Source of the DNA: Anthoceros angustus
Lineage: Eukaryota > Plantae > Anthocerotophyta
Direction: 5' to 3'
DNA length: 64,000 bases
NCBI GenBank assembly: GCA_010909165.1
Contig: VJWM01000106.1
Location: forward strand, 868,001-932,000
The notes beneath the pieces were generated by a model, which was not told the DNA's origin, made no database searches, and saw only the letters and a list, made by a program, of their open reading frames with translations. This document shows positions 10,861 to 22,360 of this stretch, in pieces. The number at the start of each line of letters is the position of its first letter. Position 1 is the stretch's first letter. Made by a program: the position numbers and the translations under genes.

Positions 10861-11704
10861 CACCTAGTTTGCATAACTTTTTATATTGTAAAACTAGATG
10901 ATATTTTTTATGCTATAAAGTTAAGCATTCATTCAAGTTCTGAGTAAATTCTAAGTTTACTGTTGGAATGTATTCTTATGAACTGCCCATTAGCAACAAA
11001 TGTACTCTTGCTTATGTATTCTTATGAACTGCCTGTTCCTGCACCTATGTTTCTTGTCGTGCCCAATAGAGCTATGCCTTGCACTCATAGTGCAAATGCT
11101 CTCCAAAACATTCCCTCGGAAAAGGTAGAAAGAAACGGCTCCCCTGAAGACTGTTCTTCAACTTGAAGAGCTGCTTTAAATTTCATTCAAGATAAGCACA
11201 TGTGCTTCGTTGTGCTTTTGTTTCTCTTATTCATATATTATATATATTTTTTAATCTTGGTAATTGTAGTCGATGAACGAATTCATACGGGCAACTTAAA
11301 AAATAAAATGACAGTTATGGAGCATGAGATATAACCCCTAAAGCACCTAAAATCCCTTTTATATATACTCCGAGATCACCATGTCATTATATACCTCTTA
11401 CTTTCGTAGTGGGTTCGTTGTAGTGAATAAATTTATTTTCAACTCTCATTCAATTATGATTTCCAGGATAATTCGAGACATGCATTTTTTGCATCTAGGC
11501 TTCCAGTTTTTACCATTGGATAATTTAGAATGGACAGTAAACTAATTTTGCCTTTCAGTTGATCCTATATCAATTTACTTGCATATTTACCCAAAAAGGG
11601 ATGACATTTCCTTTGTGGAAAAATCACCTCTTCTTTAGTCTAGAGTTCTTTAAACTATGTGCATGCATGTTTTAGAACAAGAATCCTTAGAGAAAGTCCT
11701 CCAT

Positions 11705-12040
11705 CCAAGCCCAAGGGCTAATATGTAGTGCTCCTACACACCATTTTGTGCATGAAATATGAGAAATATTGCTTTCTAAATAGATTTTATGATCTCATGA
11801 AGAACATGATAGTGAAAATGTGCCAAGCCTAAGGGCTATATATGTAGGGCTCGTGCACACCATCTTGTGCATGAAATATGAAAACTATTGCTTTCTAGCT
11901 AGATATTATGATCCCATAAAGAACATGATAGCCAAGACATGCCAAGCCCAAGGGCTATATATGTAGTGCTCCTACACATCATCTTGTACATTAAACATAA
12001 GAACTATTGCTTAGTGACTAGATATTATAATACCATAAAG
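11705..12040. repeat. About 119-bp tandem repeat, 3 copies
   Basis: CCAAGCC(C/T)AAGGGCTA...ATATGTAG starts at 11705, 11823 and 11942. Confidence 0.9.
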
Positions 12041-12482
12041 AGGAAAAGATTAGTCTATATCATCCAGGAAGAAGAGGAAGAGAAGGAAGGAAACCCACCT
12101 CAAGCTTAAGCTTGAAGCTTGAAGCTTAAGCATCCAACGAGCAGCATCCCGGAAGGTAAGGTAAAATTTATGAAAGAAGAGGCCACGAAGGGTGCGTCGA
12201 TATATGTATGATGGTGTGGGTGTGGGTGGATGGTGACGGTGCAGTGTGGAGATAATGATGGAAAAATGGGGCATGGCTACCGATGCGACGTACTTGCATC
12301 ACGTAGGCGGAAGCAGGGCCGGGGATATTTGTGTCTTTCATGTGGAAGAAAAGGAGCCGGGTACGAGTCCGGGAGCAGGGGGAGGGCAGGGGGGAGGGCA
12401 GTTCTCGGGCCGTGACAGGCACTGTCGCTGTCACTGCTGTGATGGACACAACAACATGTGGTGAGGGAGCGGGGAAGGTATT

Positions 12483-12620
12483 CCCACGTGGGCGGGAGGG
12501 TGAGCCAAATTAAGCACTGCTCTGCGGGGGCGCAACAGCCAGTGATATTCGCCCCAGGTGCTCGCCCCTGGCATATGCCTAGGGCCTGCGCGGGCCGACC
12601 TCCGGTCCCCGGGCATATGC
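12483..12620. promoter_or_regulatory. BTA1 upstream region: G-box plus two P1BS (GNATATNC) palindromes
   Basis: CCCACGTGGG at 12483-12492. GCATATGC at 12571-12578 and 12613-12620, the second inside the 16-bp palindrome CCGGGCATATGCCCGG. Confidence 0.6.
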
Positions 12621-13106
12621 CCGGTCCGGCGTGGCATCTTGGGGGAGTACATGCCCATGGCACTCTCGCGTCCGGACCGGGCGCGACCAATGGGCGCGCG
12701 CTGCTCACTCCTCCCTGATCGCGGCCGGCTCCGGGCCTGACAGCATCACGCGACATGGATCCCGATTCCCGAACTCGATCGCCCTCAGCCCAGAGGCATT
12801 GCGTCTGTTCAAATTGCCTCGCCGGCCCCTGCGGAATGCCGCCATTCCTGCATCCCCACGGCCAGGCCTAGCCTCCGCCCCCGCCTGGCCGCATTCCCGC
12901 TGCCTGCCAAGCGGTGTGTGTGCCGTGTGCTGCGTGCTGCGTGCTGCGTGCTGTTTGCTGTCTGGACTGGCCCGGCCCCCGGCCCCCGGCCCCCGGCTCG
13001 GGAGATCGGATCGCTGGGTGTCGCGTCATTTTCTCAACCGATTTGCTCCCATTGTGCAGGTGCTGGCACTGGTGCTGGTTTGCCCAGCTCAGCAAGGAGG
13101 CTCGTC

Positions 13107-16100
13107 ATGATGGAGCTCGTCAAGGGACTGGCGCAAGACGCCACCTGTCTGTCCGCAATGTGGCTCAATTCCATCCGGGGGAAGACCCACAAGGAGCGCC
13201 TCGAGTCCTTCTACGGCCCCCAGGCCGACTCCTGTAAGCTCGCGGCCGTGCAATGTGGCTCCTTGCCCGCCTCTAATTCCTGCTGCCGGAGGGGAATTCT
13301 TGTGTGGAAAGTCTCGTGTTTCGGGAGGGGAGGTGACTGGGTTTCCTCGTGCCATGCCAGATGATCGCTTCCGAGCCAATTTTCTGCACGGACGCCTCCC
13401 GATGCTGGCGGCCTGTGCGGCTCGGCTGCGGGGATCTGCCGGAGGGGGGATGGTTTGGGTGGATTTGGGCGGGGGGACTGCGGAGAACGTGGAGATGATG
13501 TCCAGGCTCATCGACCTCTCCAAGTTTCACAAAATCTACGTTGTGGATATTTGCTCTGCTCTCTGCCAGGTGGCCCGGGAGAAAGTGGAAGAGCGTGGGT
13601 GGAAGAACGTTGTTGTGCTGGAAAGTGACGCTGGTCTGTTCAAGGCGGAGTCGGAAGCGACTCTCGTCACTTTCTCCTACTCCCTGTCCAGTGAGTACGC
13701 TCATTTGTTTTCTTGTCCTGAGTTTGCTTTACCGCTCCTGGTCGCATTTCGGGGAGGAGCTTGTCTGACTGAGGGATTGGTGGGGGTGCAGTGATGCCGA
13801 GCTATATGAGTGTGGTTGACAAGGCTCTGTCGTACCTTGCTGACGACGGCATCGTCGGTGTGGCTGATTTCTTCACATCGGCCAAGTATGACCTCCCCAA
13901 CAGGCAGCACAGTTTTGCACAGCGTTGGTTTTGGAGAGCGGTATTCGATTGCGACGGCATTGCTTTGGGACCAGAGCGCCGTCAGTACTTGGAGCATCAG
14001 CTTGAGCCAGGTCCGTATTGGTTTGTTGTTGGGTTGTTGTACTCACCAGCTCATTGCATTGGCAGCGTTTGCAGCAATCATTGTAACTCAAGTGCCACCA
14101 TGTACCTCCTGGTCTCTGGAATGCAGTTTTTGAGTTCAACGGAAAGGGGAAGATCCCTTACGTGCCCTGGCTCGAGGCTCCATACTACATGTGGATTGGC
14201 AGGAAGCGGAACGTTAAGAGTGAGCAATGTGGTCTCCTCTGCGTGCTGTCTGCTGGACCTTAGCTTGCCCCTGAGCTGACACTGAGAATTTGCCCACAGG
14301 TTCCAATTATGTCAGATTTCCCGCCAGGGCCTCCGACGAATTCGTTGCAAGGAGGCCCCCAACCTTCCCTCCCACGTTCTTGTATTCCCTGTCGTGGGAG
14401 GATCCTCGTGAAGATGACAAAGTGCTAGGCATCAATGAAGACGATACGGTTCTTACTCTCACATCAGGGGGCTGTAATGCGCTCGACCTTGTATCACAAG
14501 TAAGTTCATCTCTACTTGCTGAGCTTGAGCAGTAGCTCTGCTTTGCTCTATCGAGGGTTTCGACTTCTCATGTGCAGCCCCGTTCGTTCATTGCTGATAG
14601 TCCTATCTTGCAGGGTGCCAAGCAGGTGGTTGGGGTCGATATCAACCCCGCTCAAAGCTACCTTCTCGAGCTGAAACGAGTTGCTGTCATGAGGTAACGG
14701 TCCTTTTGGAGACGGTGCATTCACTTGTGGAAATTCTATCAGTGCTTAGATGCGTGACGGGATATCCTTGCAGGTTACCCTTCGAAGACGTGTGGCTGAT
14801 GTTTGGCGAGGGAGTGCACCCCAGATTCAAATTGCTTTTTGAAACGGAGTTGGCACCGTTCCTCAGTCAGGGCGCTGCACAGTTTTGGTGGGTGGCTGAC
14901 CTGAGCTTTCGACTTGTGCCGTAGTTCAGTGAAGTCTTGTGGCGACATCTAATCTTTGGGGTCTCCTTGTGCAGGCGTCGAAGGGCACGATACTTCAAGA
15001 ATGGCCTGTATTATCATGGTAATCTGTCTAGGTTGAGTGAAGACGAATTTGGCCAGGCAAGGCCTTGTTAGACGTACCTCCCGCATCCGCATCTTCTGAC
15101 TCGCTTATTGATGATCCGCAGGGGGAATGGGTAGGTTGATTCGTGCTGTTCGGACACTTGCAAAGTTGACTGGGCAGGTAACTCTCCCTACCCTGGACTC
15201 CCCTGGTTTATGTTTAGAAAAAAGTTTCTCACCCGCCTCACCTACTGTGTGGCAGGAGAAATGGATTGAATGTCTAGTCAATGCCCCGACTCTTGAGAAG
15301 CAGAAAGAGCTGTGGTAGGCGTGACTGTACCTTTCTCCCCTCTTTTAATCTTAGAAAAGCTTTTGCGACATGTCCTTACCGTGGTTGTTTGGCAGGTTTT
15401 CCACAGTCGGAAAATGGCTCATCAAGGCTGGTGTTATCACCAAAATTTCGTCGTTCCTTGTGACCAACCGATTTGTGCTGTGGTTCTGTGCGGGCGTTTG
15501 TAAAGGGCAACTGGACCACATCCGGAAGGAGGACGACATTTACAAGTAAGTGCAGTCCCTCTTCTCAGTTGGTTGCTTTGCGTTGAATACACGTTAATTA
15601 ATGGTATCGTGACGTTGCACAGCTACATCGTTCGGTGTCTTAATTCAACAGCCGAGTCCTCCCACATCCGAGACAGGTAAACTGCACCTCTGGATTGTCC
15701 TCTGCACTGCACCTCTAATTGGACACTTAGGGCATTTCATTTGACTTGCCAATGTGCGCTGTGCAGCAACTACTTTTACCGTTGCTGTTTGACTGGAAAG
15801 TTCTCTAGAAACTGCTGCCCTCGGTTTTTGGAGGAGGAAACGTGCAACAGTCTGAAGGTAAGAACGCAGGTTTCTGGTATCTGTCCTGGGTGAAGGCCTT
15901 ACATCCCATTTTAGACAAGTATACGTAAGTTGTGGCTCCTTGCTTGATGCAGGTTGCACTTGCTAAGGACGAGCGTCTGATCATCCGCACTGGATCATTT
16001 GTCGACGAGTTAAGGAAGCGCACTTACTCCAAGGTATCGCTTGCCTATGTCTCCCACCTACAGGCCAGAAGCATGTGTCCAATTGCACTTGTCTGACTTG

Positions 16101-16652
16101 TTAAACGATGTGAACAGTCATTAACGGTTTCCTGCAACAGGTAATTTTGATGGATCACGTGGACTGGTTAGGGCAGACTGACATCGACACCTTGTGTGAC
16201 GCGTTGCGACACCATGTAAAGGTCGGAAACGGTCCTCACCCTTACGCCAGCTTGCAGCATGCATCTATGGCATCATGGTCAATGAAGGGCACAATTTCAC
16301 ACTATTACTGTTGGCTTATGATCAACTCCTTCTCTGATATCTTGAAAGCTAACGGAATGCAGGCTGGAGGCCGAGTCATATGGCGAAGTGCTTCACGAAA
16401 CCCATCTTACGCCAAGGACATTGAGAAGGCTGGTTTTCAAGGTGAGGTCTAATGCGGATGGTTGTAAGGCTGATGGATATGTGCATAATGGCTTCACTAA
16501 GAAACTGAAATCCCAGATCTAACATTTCAATCTGTAATGCAGTTATCCGAATCTCAACTAGCGAGAAATACATGGATCGGGTAAACATGTATGCCAGCTT
16601 CTACATCGGAATTCGGCTTGGAGGGCACACATTGAACAAGGAACTGCTGTGA
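13107..16652 (+). CDS. BTA1: Betaine lipid (DGTS) synthase: BtaB-like methyltransferase fused to BtaA-like aminocarboxypropyltransferase; multi-exon
   Basis: Exons give ERLESFYGPQADSYDRFRANFLHGR, WVDLGGGTAEN, VADFFTSAKYDLPNRQ, KIPYVPWLEAPYY, FLYSLSWEDPREDDKVL, LTLTSGGCNALDL, MDHVDWL and YMDRVNMYASFY, all with GT-AG junctions. Exon 1 is 13107-13233, exon 2 is 13361-13690, exon 3 is 13792-14010. Confidence 0.95.
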
Positions 16653-16999
16653 AGTAAAGTAACCCTCTGATCGCAGACATCAACGTCTTTTCACTGAAGC
16701 TGCTGCGGCTACGAACCGTCTGTACCATGAAACGAGTGTGCACCGTGATTGACTTTGAGCTGGCTTTTCTGATAAATGTTCCTTTTTTGCATAGCTTCGA
16801 ACGTAGATAGCATAAGTAGCTATCTGTTTTTCGTTCCTAGGAACCAGATTTTTGTGTCAAAAATTCTTTTCACAGGACCAGGAAGAGCACATCTGGCATA
16901 GCCAACGCGGAGTTGTATTTTATGGACCTTATTCTTTGGATTTATGACATCTCTCAAGTGTAAACTCTAGTGCCTACACTCGATGGGAAAAACAAGATG

Positions 17000-18430
17000 T
17001 GTCGGTAAAATCGGTCGAAACGTTTTGCGCCCCGGTAGTTAGCCATGTCAAACCTGAATAACCATTTCAGTAATTAGAACGTTGGCTTGTTTATCTACGG
17101 GCGGAGCTGGCGAGCGACTTCGCTCGTGCGCGGAGCTGGCCCTCCACTTGGCTTTGTGCCCGAAGCTGAAGCCACGCTCGGAGCCAGGGGACGTTCCAGC
17201 TTCGGCTCCCCTTCCATGATCGGCCGGCTTGATCTCGTCAACTCTTTCGAATGAAGCTCTGACGGTGCTGCAACAGCACCTATGTAATCTGGCAGTTTGT
17301 CAGGAATAATGATATCCTTTATGCATTGATAAGCTAGCCCAGCATGAACAAACACTACACGAACATTCTGGCAAACCAGCAATCATCTTTGAGGCTCTGA
17401 TACCATGAAAAGGAAGATGATGTATTAATTGTAAAGAAGTGCAGAGGAAGGAAATATGTCCAGTTCGCAAACTTGTTCACAGGCACCCCTTAGGTGGAAC
17501 AAGGAGACCAATGAAGAATAGGACCTGGTGAGGGAAAACAGGAGGAGGACCCAAAATGCCACGAGAGAGAGGGAGAGGGGGTTCAGAAACTAAGCCAGAG
17601 AATCCAGGAACAGAGGCAGGAGAGTCACCAACAGAGAACAGAGAGCTCTCAAGCACTACACGAGGAGAGGAGAGTCGGGGAAGAAACCTGTCCAACCCGA
17701 ATCATCCTCCGAGCCATCGAACGGAGGCGGAGAAGAAAGGGTAGCAAGCTCAATTGAAGGAGGAGCCAAGTTGGGAGAGGCGGAAGTCGAAAGAGAAATT
17801 GGGGCAGGAACAGCGACGAGGTTAGGACCAGAACCAAAGATAGATGGAGGGGAGGGCACAGGGATGAGAGAATCCTCATCATAAGAGGTGAGAGCAGAAT
17901 CGAAAGAGAAATTGTCAGAGAGAGGGGCGCCCCCTGGACCGAAATCGTGAAGCAAACGTGTCTTATCAAAAATCACATTTCTACTTACAGAAATCTATAT
18001 CCTTTGATACCTCATCCTCGCCATATCCAATGAAAGTCAGCTTCTTGGACTTCGGGTCAAATTTCTTGCGAAGCTTGGAAGGCCCAAAATGTGCATTGTG
18101 TTTGAGGGAGGGTTTCCAACCGGTCCAGTACTCATACGGTGTCTTATTTCGGAGGTGAGGCAGTACTGCAGCAATTCTGGAGATAGCAGATAGTAGCGAA
18201 GCTTGGAGGTGCGACTCAAAGAGTGGGGATAAGGATAGCGAGCTTTATGCTTGCCTATATCGCAGCCAATACAAAGAGGTATGTCTCGAATGGACTTAGG
18301 AAGGCCAAGAACCATGTCCTCCTTAGACATTCTTTCAATGTCGTTGAGATGATGATGTACTAACAGTAAATGCCAAAGCTTCGAATCTAATTCCAGGCGC
18401 AAGTAGGCAGTACTAAAACTAAGGACCGGA
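17000..18430 (-). mobile_element. Degenerate Ty1/copia remnant
   Basis: GAG-pre-integrase motif LWH...GLPKSIRDIPLCIGCDIGKHKAR; retroviral SH3-like ...ISVSRNVIFDKT; Pro/Ser-rich linker. PBS TGGTATCAGAGCC (tRNA-iMet) at 17393-17405 is preceded by ...TTTTCA. Confidence 0.8.
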
Positions 18431-18919
18431 GCCGATGGACTAGGAACAATACTTTTCTGATTTTATACCTTTATTCCAATTTTGCAATATGTATCTCAAC
18501 AATCTATGTTTATGTGGTTAGTTTCGTGGAGTAGTTGGTCATCACTTCAGTCTAGTTTCGTGGTGTAGTTGGTCATCACATCAGTTTGACATACAACAGG
18601 TTGGGTCCTTGTATCGAACCCGGGGCAAAGACATCTTATCCATGAAACTGAATGACTTCCTATTTTTTGGTCCCCGCTTAAGGAGTTGATAAGTAGGAGT
18701 TCATTGGAACTCCGTGGTTCAGCAATCACTTATAAGATGGGGTACCTCCCACCCCCTGACTACTCTGGCCCTTGGTGGGTTGTCTGTTCTAAAGTGCTTC
18801 GGGGCCATTCTAATATATGATCTTTGCGGCCGCAAAAAGGGCTGAAGTCCTTCAAGGCAGCCTGATCTATGATGTAAGGCCGTTCGAGGTCATAGAATGT
18901 AAATACTAGAAAGAAGTTT

Positions 18920-19088
18920 GAAGGGTATCTCAATTGAAATGTATTCAATTGAAATTCGAAAAGGGGATTTTTCTTTTGGTTTCCAAAGAAGGAAGGGTAT
19001 TTCCATTCAAATGTATTCGGTTGAAATTCATAAAGGGTGTTTTTCTTTTGATTTTCAAAGAAAGAAGGGTATTTCAATTGAAATTCAT
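18920..19088. repeat. 72-bp tandem repeat, about 2.3 copies
   Basis: GAAGGGTAT starts at 18920, 18992 and 19064. Confidence 0.85.
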
Positions 19089-19500
19089 TATGCCCATTCT
19101 CTAATTATATGAATCTTTCATACATTGTCATGAGTTGGAGCACAATAGGTAGAGGCGTCCCACCACCTTTGAGTGTGTCGAGCCCGGTCCTACTCCAATC
19201 TACCTAGAGCCATGGAATGGCGCAACCGGGCAAGGTATGTCAATGTCTTTTCTAAAAAGAAAGTACCAAAGAGAGCAAACCATGGAAACAAGTTTGACAC
19301 TCTCCATTTCCATTTTGAGTACGAAAAATCCTGGCTTTCGACTCCGAACTATAGATATTTTTATTGACTCCGAACTATAGATATTTTTATTTTTAGACGA
19401 GGAACTTACCTTTAGGGCTTTCTTTCTTGCAAGAAAAAGTTTTTGGGCACTTAATTTAAAATTTTAAAGTTTTAATTTATGATCAAAGGTTGAGTACCGT

Positions 19501-21695
19501 TATGGCATACCAAAGGGGACAGAGGGGATGGGACATTTTTTTTTTCGCGAAACCCATGCAAGGCGTGGGGATCTTGAGGAATATACCCTACATTCCAGTT
19601 TTTTCAGAGCACATGCCCACATGGCCGCTTTGGCGCCCTAACCAAGAGCGGCCAAGCACCAAAGGGGACACACACTTTTCAGTCCCGAAACCCTAAGTTT
19701 GATTTAAATGTTTTGTCCTTCCAACTTTGAAAACAAAGAGCCGGGACCGGGAAACTATGTTTTCAAGTTTTCCACACTTCCTCCTGCGATTAAGTTTTCT
19801 TCAATGCTATCCCATGCCCGGCAAACCCTAACCCGCCCGCCGCGCAGGCCGCACCAATGTGGTTGCCAAACCCTTCGTCAGCCCCGGCCATGGGCTTGCA
19901 AGGCAATGGCGGTAAGACGGCCATCATTTGCGAACCCTGCACACGCTCGCGGGCGTGTCCGTGTCTTCTTATCTAGGGACAATGGATTCTTGTTTGTAGG
20001 GTTTAGGGTATCGCGTTGCAAACACGTTCTAGCGAGATCCACCTCCACAGTGGAAGAGGGATGGGTGACCGAATTGGGTAGACCCATGCCTTATTCTTCC
20101 ATATCACGGTATACATGAAGGGCTGTCACGCACACACAGTGGTCGGAATTCCCTCCTATTATGCAAGTCTAGGTAACCACATCCTACTTACCAAGTCTAT
20201 GAAACACTCACTGACCGTCCTCCAATCTGCCACCCTTGGCATACATATTCACCACAATGGTCGGCACAAACACATCGCCATAAGCTGCGGCAAGAACCCA
20301 CACCACCACCGCCGCCTACCCAACAACCTCGCCAAGAACGGTTAGGCTCCGTGGAAAGAGCTGAAATTTTCAGCGAAGGGGTGCCATTCCATTGATCAAA
20401 AAAGGATGTCCACTGCACACATCGCAAAATTGCACAGCTAGCATCAAACCCTATCTCCTACTGCGGCCTTCCTAAGGCGCATGCTTCGGCCCCCTATGCA
20501 AAAAACCAAACAGCGCTGCTGATGCAACTCTGAGCACAAGGGATGACGACGCCGCCTACTTCCCCTCGTCCTCCATGCGCTTGATCATCTGCCGGAGAAC
20601 CTTAATTGTGCCCTCCATGGCCTCGACGGCGTCAAGCATTCCGCGGCTCATCGCTCTCCTGTCCCGGTTGGCCGCGTCCCCGCCTCCAGCAGGCCGCGTC
20701 CGGGCATTGGGCGTCGGAGGCACCCGCCTTGGCCTGGCGCTTCCCGCCGGACACTGTCCGACTCCTCGTGAGTCGCGCTTCCTCCCCTTGTGCTCGCCTC
20801 CGCGGAGTTGGGGTTGGGCGCACTCCGCTCTCCTTCTTCTTCCGACATGGCCTCCGCTCCGCCACCGTCAGCTGCAGTTGCTCCCCCCCCTCCTCCTCCT
20901 CCTCCTCCTACGGTGTGCCGCCGGATGATGCCCTCCACCGCCGTGAGCTCGCGCGCCTCCGCTCCTCCCCTCCAGCCACCTCCGAGCCTCCGCCTAATCT
21001 GCTGCTTCCGCTCCACGTCGAGATGCCGCCACCGATGGGCTGGTTATTCCTCCCATAAATCGCCTTCCTCAACCGGATGGCGCTCGGTCCCACTCCCTGA
21101 TCGCGCCAGATGCCGTGGCATTGGCTCGCTCGCTCCCAAAGACGTCGCCCCATCCGCGCCTTCGCATCCCGCCTCGTTCACTTGTGGCGCGCCCAGGCCA
21201 GTGGCTGGTGGCGAGCGCCTCGCCTGGATCGCCGCGCTCGCACCACGCGCTGCACCGCCTCGCACCTCGTCGCGTGCCGCCGGACCTCGCCTCCGCCCCC
21301 CATCCGTGCACTGCGTCGCGCCGTGCGCCCGTGCTCGTGAGTCGGCAAAGCAACCCGCCAGGTGATGTTCCTCGCCCCTGCCCTAAACCCTGCTGCTCCA
21401 GCCTCTTAGGATATGAACCCTAAAAACGGGCAGGTGGCTTGCTTATGCCACGTCCCGCTCCCTAAACTGGAACAGTGCAGGCGGAAAAAAATTTCTTGAT
21501 GCGTGCGGGAGAAAAAAACAGAGTGAGTGCGGGGGAAAAAACCCTAAAGTTCCCTTTCTTTCTTCCGGTGACGGCGAGTGGCGCTTTGGTCGTCCTTTGG
21601 GCTACCCCATTTTGATCGGGTTACCAAACCGGACACCAAAAGTTTTGCGGAAGAAAAAAAATGTCCGTCCCCTCTGTCCTCTTTGGTATGCCATA
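19501..21695. mobile_element. Non-autonomous TIR DNA transposon, 2195 bp, 6-bp TSD (IS3EU-like signature)
   Basis: About 50-bp imperfect TIRs beginning TATGGCATACCAAAG(G/A)GGACAGAGGGGA. TSD TACCGT at 19495-19500 and 21696-21701. No transposase seen. Confidence 0.9.
20064..20420 (-). pseudogene. PLS-PPR gene fragment inside the TIR element
   Basis: One frame reads DVFVPTIVVNMYAKGGRLEDGQ*VFHRLGK*DVVT*TCIIGG...ALHVYRDMEE*GMGLPNSVT (S then P motif), with an L-like segment upstream after a frameshift. Confidence 0.85.
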
Positions 21696-22232
21696 TACCG
21701 TACCCCAAGGAATGGTTCAACAGGATAATGCCGAAATAATTAGTTTTTGAAAAAAATAAGGTTCAACATAAATATGTATATTTTTCAAAATTTCAACATT
21801 TACAAAAAAATAATTTTATCAAATTTCAAAATTTATTAAAATACATAGCTATATATATAACTAATGGATATGTATAGACCTCCCCTAAATAGGCCCTAAT
21901 TTTCCACACAAACCCTAGTTTCCTTATTTTCGGCATCATAAACTCATAATTTTTTACCTATTCAACATTTTAAGTATAATAATTTCTGGATTTTCAACTT
22001 TTACTAATTTTAATTAATTAACGCCGAATCACCCCTTGGGGTATGGTAGTAGTGTAATATGCAATATACCTCATGGGACAGTATTTAATAAATATTAAAA
22101 AATAAAAATATATAATTTACCATATGTGTGGAAAATCCACTCAAACTTAGTATGACAATTAGCTATAAAATAAATATGAGAAACTTTGTATAAGAATTAT
22201 AAAAATGAATTACAAAAAAATGAGATTAAGTC

Positions 22233-22313
22233 TTTCAAATATGATGTATGCTTAATTGATTAGCGCAAAATAAGATTTTGCGCTAATCAATTAAGTATAC
22301 ATCATATTTGAAA
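22233..22313. repeat. Near-perfect palindrome/hairpin (39-bp stem, 3-nt loop)
   Basis: TTTCAAATATGATGTATGCTTAATTGATTAGCGCAAAAT-AAG-ATTTTGCGCTAATCAATTAAGTATACATCATATTTGAAA; one G:T pair. Confidence 0.95.
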
Positions 22314-22360
22314 CATTAGGTTTGCATACCCAGCAAGGTCTATATTGAAAGGACGAAGAC

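Noticed and set aside
19685-21550. CCCTAAA/TTTAGGG motifs as interstitial telomere
   Set aside because: They are single dispersed telo-box motifs, not tandem arrays.
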